64,000 bases of DNA from a bacterium (GTDB lineage Bacteria > Zhuqueibacterota > Zhuqueibacteria > Zhuqueibacterales > Zhuqueibacteraceae). The stretch is from positions 9,482 to 73,481 of the forward strand of contig JBIOXB010000241.1 of NCBI GenBank assembly GCA_044869275.1, read 5' to 3'. The position numbers and the translations under genes were made by a program. Of this stretch, positions 56,206 to 64,000 are shown in pieces; positions within the stretch are counted from its first letter, which is position 1; every line of letters begins with the position of its first letter. The notes under the pieces were generated by a model. The model made no database searches and was not told the DNA's origin. It saw only the letters and a list, made by a program, of their open reading frames with translations.

Positions 56206-57834
56206 CTATTGATTGAGCAGCACGAACTTGACGGATTCGACGAAACTGCCGGCGATCAGCCGCATGAAATAAACACCGCTGCCCACTTTGTCGCCGTCAC
56301 TATTTACGCCATTCCAAATCACCTCATGCGGGCCCGCCGCCAGGCTGCCGAGATTCTGATTCCACACCACACGGCCGTCTTCACGATAAATGTAGGAATG
56401 CACTTCCACGCGATCGTTAAGACGGAACGGAATTTTCAAAATGTCACCGCGGCTGAGGCGCACCGGATTGGGCCGGGGCGGCTCCAGCACATTCGGCAGC
56501 TCTTGTTGTTCGCCCAAGCTCACCCGTAACTGGAAACCCGAAGACGGAGATTGATTGGCGTTCGGCGGCAGCCCGACGTTCGCCACGGCAACGAATACCG
56601 TGTCCTCCCGGTCCTGGCCAGCGACGCTGATCGTGGCCAGGGCGCGATCACTCTTGAGCACATAGTCCTCATTCGCCTCGGCCGCGATCGTGGTCAAACT
56701 CCAGCGGCCGGGCTCGGTGTCGACTTGGAGATTAAACTGCAAATCCTGGCCGGCGCGAATGAATCGATAATAACGCGCGGCGAGCGGCGGTAGGTCGGAA
56801 TCATAGGCGGCATTGCTGGTGATGCGGAAAGAATTCGAAGCGTTAAAAGGAAGCACCGGGTAATTCCCGCCTTCTTCAAAGTATTTTACCGCATCTGCAC
56901 GATAATCCGTGAAGAAACACCAATTGTAGAATTCCTGCGTGGCGAGATCAATGGGCAGGTTGTACGGGGGTGATTGCAGCACGTGGCGCGTGGCGAAGAC
57001 CGCCGGCTCGCTCACAACTCTTTCCCATATCGTGCGCACGACCGCGGTCGTGCCCAGGCGTTTGGTCAAATAGTGCAGCCACAAACATGAGCCGTATTTA
57101 TGGTTGCCGGAAGGCTCGTTGAGCGGCTGCTCCAGCTCGCGAAACCAGCTGCGCAAATAGGCATAATAGTCATTGATGCCGTCATAAGCGTAGTCTTCAA
57201 ACCACGTCGAGGAGATTTCAAAAAAATAAATGTCCTCGTCGCGAAAATAGTAATTCAATTGTGCGGCGTGGAAATACTCGTGCACCACGGTGACGCGCAA
57301 GCCGTCCAGGCCTTGCGTGTAATAGCCTGGGCCGAAATCATTGTCGATCAAGATATATGCCGGCCCGCTCCCTTCACCTGCAAACTCCAAGTTGGTTCGC
57401 CCGTATTCGAGGTCCGGACGGTTGTCGATGTAGAAATCGAACTCCGGCCCGTCCACACCGTTATCCTCAGCCGGCTGCCGCATTCCCAGCGAATCCACCA
57501 GCACCGTGTGCGCGCGTTGCGCCACACGGCCCGCTTCATAAACAAAATCCGGCACTCCGGCGGGGTTGGTGGAGGTGGCATTCACCGCATTTGGACCGAC
57601 GATCTCGTAATGAATCCTAAAGCGGCCATCGGGTGTGACATAGGATGAATCCAAAGTTGGGCGTTGCAATGCAGCTTGCAATAGACCAAGCGCATGCTCA
57701 TCGTACGCGCTCGCCGCATGCAGAGCCGCGATCTCCGGAAATCCGCACTTGACGGGTTCCTGCGCCAACGTCGCCGCGGCGCGCGACAACAACAGCAAGA
57801 CCGATCCGAAAAATAAACCGAAAGTCCTTTTCAT
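56206..57834 (-). CDS. Secreted zinc metalloprotease-like protein with FlgD/T9SS-type C-terminal domain
   Basis: Signal peptide, 'KCG', FRIHY, HEYFHAAQ, C-terminal 'PRPNP...WNGVNSDGDKVGSGVYF'. Confidence 0.8.
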   Translation of the reverse strand: MKRTFGLFFGSVLLLLSRAAATLAQEPVKCGFPEIAALHAASAYDEHALGLLQAALQRPTLDSSYVTPDGRFRIHYEIVGPNAVNATSTNPAGVPDFVYEAGRVAQRAHTVLVDSLGMRQPAEDNGVDGPEFDFYIDNRPDLEYGRTNLEFAGEGSGPAYILIDNDFGPGYYTQGLDGLRVTVVHEYFHAAQLNYYFRDEDIYFFEISSTWFEDYAYDGINDYYAYLRSWFRELEQPLNEPSGNHKYGSCLWLHYLTKRLGTTAVVRTIWERVVSEPAVFATRHVLQSPPYNLPIDLATQEFYNWCFFTDYRADAVKYFEEGGNYPVLPFNASNSFRITSNAAYDSDLPPLAARYYRFIRAGQDLQFNLQVDTEPGRWSLTTIAAEANEDYVLKSDRALATISVAGQDREDTVFVAVANVGLPPNANQSPSSGFQLRVSLGEQQELPNVLEPPRPNPVRLSRGDILKIPFRLNDRVEVHSYIYREDGRVVWNQNLGSLAAGPHEVIWNGVNSDGDKVGSGVYFMRLIAGSFVESVKFVLLNQ

Positions 57835-57840
57835 CGATAT

Positions 57841-59184
57841 TCACTTTTTGCGATAGTTGAACGTCACCGGTACGCCGGCAAAGCCAAAGCGTGCGCGAAA
57901 TCTTTTCTCAATGTATTGGCGATAGCTGCGCGGCACGGATTCCGGATGATTGCAAAAAACCCCGAACACCGGCGGCGCGGTTTTGACTTGCGTGATGTAC
58001 TTGATCTTGACCTCGCGCTGATCCATGGAAGGCGGGGGATATTTTTGCAGGCTTGCCTGCAAAAATTCGTTCAATGCGGCGGTACGCACCTCTTTGCCCC
58101 GCTCCTGATGAACCTCCAGGCACAGATCCATCAGTTTGAATACGCGCTGTTTGGTTTGGGCGGAAATGAAAATGATGGGCGCATAGCTGTAGATGCGCAG
58201 GCGCTCTTCGAGCTCGCGCCGGAAGGCCTCCGCCGTGCTGGCGTCCTTTTCAATCAAGTCCCACTTGTTCACGGCGATGACGATGCCTTTGTTGAATTTG
58301 GCGACTTCAGCCACGATGTGCAAATCCTGGTCGCTCGCACCCTGTTCGGCATCGATTACCACCGCGGCCACGTTGCAGCGCCGCAGGGCTTCCCGCGTGC
58401 GCAGCGTGCTGTAAAACTCCACGGCTTCTTTGACACGCGCGGTTTTGCGCAAGCCCGCGGTATCGATTAAAACGACAGCATGATTCTTGTACCGGAACGC
58501 GGTATCGATCGCGTCCCGCGTGGTGCCGGCAATGTCCGTGACAATCACCTTTTCATGGCCCAAGAGGGCATTGACCAAAGATGATTTTCCCACATTGGGA
58601 CGGCCTACGATGGCCAGATGCAAAGCGTCTGTTTTAACCTCCACGCCCTCGTCTGTTTCAAGCACAGCTTTGCGGCGCGCATGCTGCGGCAGCTTTGCGA
58701 CCAGCGCATCCAGAAAATCGCCGATGGCCCTGCCCGTAACCGCTGAAATAGGTACGGGTTCGCCCAAGCCCAGGCGAAAAAAGTCCGCCTGTTCCGCTTC
58801 GTGTCTGCTGTCGTCAATTTTATTGACCGCCAGCAAAACCGGCTTGTCACTGCGCTGCAGCAAACGTGCGATTTCGGCATCGAGCGCGGTGGCGCCGGTC
58901 TGGGCATCGACCACCAAAACGATCACTGCCGCTTCGGCAATCGCTTCAATGATCTGCTTGAGCACGGCTTGTTCGATGGCGTTGTCGCTGCCGGCAAAAT
59001 AGCCGCCGGTGTCAACGATAATGAATTCATGCCCGGCCCAGTCTGCCTCGTCATAGTGGCGGTCGCGCGTGACGCCCGGCAGATCGTGCACGATCGCCGC
59101 GCGTTTCTTCAAAATACGATTGAACAAGGTCGATTTGCCGACATTGGGCCGGCCGATGATGGCAACCACGGGCTTTTTTTTCAT
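57841..59184 (-). CDS. der: Ribosome biogenesis GTPase Der
   Basis: Two GTPase domains (GRPNVGKS twice, DTGG/DTAG, NKID/NKWD) and KH-like tail. Confidence 0.97.
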   Translation of the reverse strand: MKKKPVVAIIGRPNVGKSTLFNRILKKRAAIVHDLPGVTRDRHYDEADWAGHEFIIVDTGGYFAGSDNAIEQAVLKQIIEAIAEAAVIVLVVDAQTGATALDAEIARLLQRSDKPVLLAVNKIDDSRHEAEQADFFRLGLGEPVPISAVTGRAIGDFLDALVAKLPQHARRKAVLETDEGVEVKTDALHLAIVGRPNVGKSSLVNALLGHEKVIVTDIAGTTRDAIDTAFRYKNHAVVLIDTAGLRKTARVKEAVEFYSTLRTREALRRCNVAAVVIDAEQGASDQDLHIVAEVAKFNKGIVIAVNKWDLIEKDASTAEAFRRELEERLRIYSYAPIIFISAQTKQRVFKLMDLCLEVHQERGKEVRTAALNEFLQASLQKYPPPSMDQREVKIKYITQVKTAPPVFGVFCNHPESVPRSYRQYIEKRFRARFGFAGVPVTFNYRKK

Positions 59185-59277
59185 GCGCGGAGAACCCCCG
59201 CGAGCGTTTTTACTCTTGGACTTATTGTTTTGATTTCTTGAACGATATCATGATCGTAAAACAGGTCTGTCATGTGA

Positions 59278-60567
59278 TCAGCCTAGAAATTGAAACATCC
59301 GGCTAAAATCGTTTTTCAAAGGAATCACCGGCACGCCCAGCCGCGTTTGTAGATCTGCCAGCTTCCAATCATCCAAGAAAACCTCGCGATCATTCACACA
59401 GCTTTGCGGCAGAAAAACCGCCCGGCCCACTTCGCGTTTTTCCAGCGCCGCAAAGATATCCTGCCCGGTCAACAAGCCGGTGATGGTGATGCTTTCGCCG
59501 TAGAAGTTATTCTTAACAATCAGAAGTTCCGGCAAAAAGTTTTTGATCTCTCGCAAGCGCGGCATCAAGTGTTGGTCGACAAATCCGCCCGCCAAGGTCG
59601 CGCTCACCAGTGTTGCTTTTGTCGGCACCGGCAAACTTTTCGGCAGGCGCTTGCTTTGTACCTGGTTGAAATGATTCATCAAGTCACGCAGCATGCCGAC
59701 GCCGTTTTCCATTTGCTCGAAGGCGTCGTAGCGGCTGGCGGGGGGAATTTCATCGCCGGCCAGAATGTAAAACTCGTCCGAAGGATAAACAAAATGCGTG
59801 CCGTATTGATCGCGAAATTGCGCCGCGTATCCGTCGGCAAGGCGCAAAAGTTGTTGCGCGTATGCTTTCGTCACCGGCTCTATTCTGGTCAATCCCTCAC
59901 GATGTTGTGTCAAACCCACCGGCACGATCGCCACACTGCGCACGCCGGGATAGAAGTTCGCCAAGTCCCACAAGGTCTTGCGCAGCACCTCGCCGTCGTT
60001 GATTCTGGGGCACAATACGATTTGCGTGTTCAGCGTAATGCCGTTCTGGGTGAGATAAGTGAATTTGTCGAGCAAGCGGTCGTCGTAATCAATGCCCAAC
60101 AAAAATTTGCGCACCGCCGGATCGGTGGCATGCACGGAAATAAACAGCGGCGTCAGGCGCTGCCGCACGATTCGCTCCAGCTCCGCGCGTGAGAGATTCG
60201 AGAGCGTAACGTAATGTCCGGACAGAAAGGACAGGCGAAAATCCTCGTCGCGGAAATACATGGTGGAACGCATGCCTGCCGGGTTCTGATCGACAAAGCA
60301 GAAAATGCAGTCATTACCGCATTTGCGAATTTTGATCGGGGCGAAATTCAGGCCGAGGGAATCGTCCGCATCCTTCTCGATTTCAAAAACACTCGCTTCC
60401 CCCTCGCGGCGTACCTCCATTTCCACGGCCTCGTCGGTAATCAAGAAGCGATAATCGAGAATGTCGCGCACGCGCTGGCCATTGATGCGATAGACCTCAT
60501 CACCGGGTTGCAAGCCCAATTCTGCGCCCGTGCTTTTGTCGTCTATGGAAATGATCTTCACGCTCAA
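59278..60567 (-). CDS. PDZ + DUF512 Fe-S (radical-SAM-like) protein
   Basis: N-terminal PDZ, CGNDCIFCFVDQ, ISVHAT, VPVGLT, ENGVGM, GLLTGQD. Confidence 0.9.
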   Translation of the reverse strand: MSVKIISIDDKSTGAELGLQPGDEVYRINGQRVRDILDYRFLITDEAVEMEVRREGEASVFEIEKDADDSLGLNFAPIKIRKCGNDCIFCFVDQNPAGMRSTMYFRDEDFRLSFLSGHYVTLSNLSRAELERIVRQRLTPLFISVHATDPAVRKFLLGIDYDDRLLDKFTYLTQNGITLNTQIVLCPRINDGEVLRKTLWDLANFYPGVRSVAIVPVGLTQHREGLTRIEPVTKAYAQQLLRLADGYAAQFRDQYGTHFVYPSDEFYILAGDEIPPASRYDAFEQMENGVGMLRDLMNHFNQVQSKRLPKSLPVPTKATLVSATLAGGFVDQHLMPRLREIKNFLPELLIVKNNFYGESITITGLLTGQDIFAALEKREVGRAVFLPQSCVNDREVFLDDWKLADLQTRLGVPVIPLKNDFSRMFQFLG

Positions 60568-60667
60568 TCCGGTTTAGTCCATAATAAAAATGCTCGCCTA
60601 AAAGAGCGAGCATGGCAATATAAACAACGCGTGTGTAGCAGTCAATTCAAATTTCGGCGCGCAACCT

Positions 60668-62131
60668 TCAGTCCGTCCCCTCCACCTTCGGCGGTTTGCC
60701 CAATACTTCTTCAGTGGTCAGCACCTTGACCGGTCCCAAATTCAACGCGCGCACACTGGTTTCGATCTTGGCGCGATCGCCAACGATAGCAAGGGCGACT
60801 CTGTTCGGATCAATATACTTCCGGGCTGCCGCCTGCACTTGCTCTTTCGTCACCGCCAAAATGTTTTTGACGTAGTCGTTGAAATAAGTGTCCGGCAAGC
60901 CATAGCTGACCAGCTCCGTGAGCGCGCCTGCAATCTGGCCGGTCGTTTGAAATTCCTTGGGATAACCCAAAGCTTCATAGTTCCTCGCGCGCGTCAATTC
61001 TTCCTCCGTAATCTCGCCTAAAATGCCTTGCAATTCTTTGATGAATTCCGTGAGGGCTTTGTCGGTGACCTCCGTTTGCACGGAGGCACTGGCAATGAAC
61101 GGGCCGGGCAAGGGCCGCAACACGAAGCTCGAGCCCGCGCTATAGGCATAGCCGTGCGTTTCCCGCAGATTGTAATTCAGCCGTGAAGTGAACGAGCCGC
61201 CGAGGATCGTATTGAGCACCGTGAGCGCATAGTAATCCGGCGTCATGCGCGTCGCGGCGATGCGGCCGATGCGGATCACGGATTGGGCTGCGCCGGGTTT
61301 GTCCACGAGATAAATCTGCCGCTCTCCCACCTGCTGCACTTCCGGCGAGGACGCACTCGGAGCCTTTCCGGCTTGCCATTTTCCGAAAGCAACTTCCAGC
61401 TTGGGCAGGACGGTTTTCGCCGTCACCTCGCCCACGATGATCAATGTGGCATTGTTGCTGAAAAAATATCTCGCGTAGAAATCTCTGCAATCCTGCATCG
61501 TGAAGCTGCGCAAACTTGCTTCCACTCCTCCGGTTTGCCGGCCATAAGGATGCTGCTCGCCATACAGCACCCGATTCAAAAGCAATGTCGCGATCGTTTG
61601 GGGATTGTCATGCGCTTGTGCGAGCGCCGTCAACCTTTGCTTGCGCTGCCGCTCCAATTCCTCCCCGGGAAAAGTGGGGCGCAAAGCGACGTCCGCCATG
61701 ACCGCGAGCGCAGCTTCCAGGCGAGCCACCGGAACGTGCAATGAAACTGTGGAAGCATGATAACCCGCGGCGGTGGAAAGCTCGGCGCCGAGATAGTCGA
61801 TTTCGTCCGCAATTTGCAGAGCGTTGCGCGTGCCCGCGCCCTCATCGAGCATCGCCAGGGTCATACTCGCCAGCCCGGTCTTTTTGTCGGGATCCACGGC
61901 CGAACCGGTATTCACCTGTAAAACAATATCCACCAGCGGCACCTGGCTTTTCTCGATCAGCACAACCGGCAAGCCGTTGGAGAGTTTCAAGCGTTGCATC
62001 GGCGGCACCTTCAAAGTCGGCGGCGGACCCAGCGCGGGCGGCTTGCTGCGATCGGGATTTTGCGCAAAGGCGTTGATGACGACGACCAAGAGAAACAGTA
62101 GAACCATGCGATTTTGAATAGGTGTGAACAT
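60668..62131 (-). CDS. M16 peptidase, non-catalytic subunit
   Basis: DRSKPP, LSNGL, MLDEGAG, LGGSFTSRL..NLRE..GYAY; no HxxEH. Confidence 0.9.
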   Translation of the reverse strand: MFTPIQNRMVLLFLLVVVINAFAQNPDRSKPPALGPPPTLKVPPMQRLKLSNGLPVVLIEKSQVPLVDIVLQVNTGSAVDPDKKTGLASMTLAMLDEGAGTRNALQIADEIDYLGAELSTAAGYHASTVSLHVPVARLEAALAVMADVALRPTFPGEELERQRKQRLTALAQAHDNPQTIATLLLNRVLYGEQHPYGRQTGGVEASLRSFTMQDCRDFYARYFFSNNATLIIVGEVTAKTVLPKLEVAFGKWQAGKAPSASSPEVQQVGERQIYLVDKPGAAQSVIRIGRIAATRMTPDYYALTVLNTILGGSFTSRLNYNLRETHGYAYSAGSSFVLRPLPGPFIASASVQTEVTDKALTEFIKELQGILGEITEEELTRARNYEALGYPKEFQTTGQIAGALTELVSYGLPDTYFNDYVKNILAVTKEQVQAAARKYIDPNRVALAIVGDRAKIETSVRALNLGPVKVLTTEEVLGKPPKVEGTD

Positions 62132-62246
62132 GACAGTCTCTCGCCAATGTATATGGTTTCAAAATATTCAAACCAAGAAGATTCCAACACCGGCACTGGG
62201 CGACACAGTGGTTCACAGCGCCACAGAGCCGCAACCAAATTGGTTA

Positions 62247-62308
62247 CACACGGATCAAAAAACCACACGGAAGTTTCAAACTATCCGTGTAGTTTTTTAA
62301 TCCGCGTG
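62247..62308. repeat. Inverted repeat CACACGGATCAAAAAACCACACGGA ... TCCGTGTAGTTTTTTAATCCGCGTG
   Basis: Imperfect arms of about 25 bp between the two M16 genes. Confidence 0.7.
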
Positions 62309-62457
62309 GAATTAATCCCTGCTCAATTACAAAGATCTCACTTATAGCTAACTACGTCAGAAACCTTGCTGAGAAAACCTAGTTTTACAAGTTTGTATTA
62401 CAGAGACAAGCTTGGTGTCGCTCCGGGCGGCTACAAGTCTCTGAGTTCAGCCATGGA

Positions 62458-63840
62458 TCAATTGATGGACGACCGCTCGCCGGTGATGAGTTTGCTGCCC
62501 GTCGTGGCCAAATCCGGTTTGCCCTTGGGCACGATGCTCAAGATCACGCGGGCCTCGTTTTTCAAAAAGCTCAGCGCCGCGCTGCGCACGTCTTCCGGTT
62601 CCAGCGCAAGATACCGCGACAAATCCTCGTTGAAATAATCGGGGTTGCCCGTGACTTTGTAATAATCATTCAACTGATCGGCCTTGCTGCTCACCAGCTC
62701 GAGGCCGCCGAAATACGCGGCTTCGTATTGATTGATCACGCGCTGCACTTCGCGCGCTTCGGGCGGCTGGGCTTTGAGTTTGTCGATCTCTTCTTGCATC
62801 ACTTTCTCCAGTTCCGCGAGCGTGCGGCCATCGCGCGCGGTGGCAATGATACCAAAAAAAGAAGACAATTCGCGCGAGGCTTGAAACGCGCTCACGTCCT
62901 GGGCGATCTGCAATTCATACACCAGCCGTTTGTACAAACGCGAGTTTTTGCCGCCCGCCAGCACGTTGGCAACAACATCCATCTCGGCATCGCCGGGGCT
63001 CAGTTTCGGCGGAGTGAGCCATGCCATGTAAATTCGTGGCAATTGCACGCGATCTTCCAGCGTTACCCGCTTCTCTTTGTCGAGAAACGCCGGCGGCGCA
63101 TCCAAGGGCTCGGTGCGCGGCCGGCCTTGCACGTCGCTGAACCATTTTTCCACCAGCTGGCGCGTTTGAACGGGATCGATATCTCCCGCCACCACCAAAC
63201 TGGCATTGGCGGGCGTGTAATATTTCCTGAAAAACTCGACAACATCCTCATATGCGGCGGCAGTCAAATCATCCATGTAACCGATGGTCGGCCAATGATA
63301 GGGATGATTCGGGGCATAGAGATTTTCCCCCAGGACCACGAACGCCATGCCATAAGGCGTGTTTTCGAGGCGCTGCCGGCGCTCGTTCTTCACCACGTCG
63401 CGCTGGCCGTCGACTTTCCCGGGCGTCATCGCTTCCAGCAAATTCCCCATGCGATCGGATTCGAGAAACAAAGTCAGCTCCAGCGCACTCACCGGGATAT
63501 CTTCATAATAATTCGTGCGGTCGGTGTTGGTCGAGCCGTTGTTGTTGCCACCCGCGGCCTCCAGCCACTGATCGAAAGAGCCTTCAGGCACGTTCTTCGA
63601 GCCTTCAAACAAAATGTGCTCGAACAAGTGCGCAAAGCCCGTGCGCCCCGGCTTTTCATGGGCCGAGCCCACGTGGTACCAGACATTGACGGTTACCGTG
63701 GGCGTGGTGTGGTCTTCGTGCAGAATCACGTTCAAGCCGTTGGGCAAAATGAGGCGCTGGTAAGGCACGCTGAGCGTGGTTTGCGCTTGCGATTGCACCA
63801 CCAGGCAGCCTAACAATGCCGTCAGAATATGTTTGCTCAT
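62458..63840 (-). CDS. M16 peptidase, catalytic subunit
   Basis: GRTGFAHLFEH (HxxEH), NGST..DRTNY, LESDRM, NERR. Confidence 0.94.
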   Translation of the reverse strand: MSKHILTALLGCLVVQSQAQTTLSVPYQRLILPNGLNVILHEDHTTPTVTVNVWYHVGSAHEKPGRTGFAHLFEHILFEGSKNVPEGSFDQWLEAAGGNNNGSTNTDRTNYYEDIPVSALELTLFLESDRMGNLLEAMTPGKVDGQRDVVKNERRQRLENTPYGMAFVVLGENLYAPNHPYHWPTIGYMDDLTAAAYEDVVEFFRKYYTPANASLVVAGDIDPVQTRQLVEKWFSDVQGRPRTEPLDAPPAFLDKEKRVTLEDRVQLPRIYMAWLTPPKLSPGDAEMDVVANVLAGGKNSRLYKRLVYELQIAQDVSAFQASRELSSFFGIIATARDGRTLAELEKVMQEEIDKLKAQPPEAREVQRVINQYEAAYFGGLELVSSKADQLNDYYKVTGNPDYFNEDLSRYLALEPEDVRSAALSFLKNEARVILSIVPKGKPDLATTGSKLITGERSSIN

Positions 63841-63875
63841 CGTTCCTCCTGATAGAATTTGTCGGTGCCAAAAAG

Positions 63876-64000
63876 TGTCACGTCCTGAAATAGGTTGACA
63901 GGTTTTGAACCTATTTCAGGAGATTAGTCTATGTCAGAGCCCGGGCCTCAAAAACGCTACAGCCTTGCTTTCAAGCAAAAGGTCGTATCCGAAATTGAAG
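63876..64000 (+). mobile_element. Left end of an IS3-family-like insertion sequence; transposase OrfA starts at 63931 and is truncated by the window
   Basis: TG-initiated end TGTCACGTCCTGAAATAGGTTGACA; AGGAG RBS; MSEPGPQKRYSLAFKQKVVSEIE is typical of an HTH_Tnp_1 N-terminus. Confidence 0.75.

Overview
Bacterial chromosomal window of roughly 55% GC (estimated by eye), with almost all genes on the minus strand. The gene content (PorV-, PorZ- and PorP-like proteins, FlgD-type C-terminal domains, Bacteroidota-type rpoZ and bS22, Hanks kinase-TPR receptors) suggests an FCB-related lineage such as KSB1 or Calditrichota; this is inference. From about 12.5 kb onward it is mostly housekeeping: dnaE, recN, the rib operon, class II RNR, nadD, bamD, rel, dnaB, coaBC, rpoZ, gmk, mutS, nadK, xseAB, sppA, der and an M16 peptidase pair, ending in the left end of an IS3-like element. 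The first 12.5 kb is accessory and partly decaying. It holds tRNA-Pro, an internally deleted nrfH, a PorP-OmpA fusion, a Ser/Thr kinase-TPR array (one intact, one multiply deleted, one stub) linked to a GAF sigma-54 activator with duplicated promoter/enhancer blocks, and a REP-containing histidine-kinase relic. The best candidate for an undescribed system is the lone plus-strand pair at 26.7-28.2 kb: cmoA (carboxy-SAM synthase) followed by an LmtA/ICMT-like membrane methyltransferase rather than cmoB, which suggests carboxy-SAM-dependent carboxymethylation of a lipid or membrane substrate. Several families of 7-mer-built palindromic repeats occur between genes, and one lies in frame inside the kinase. 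All assignments come from motif recognition; no database search was run.
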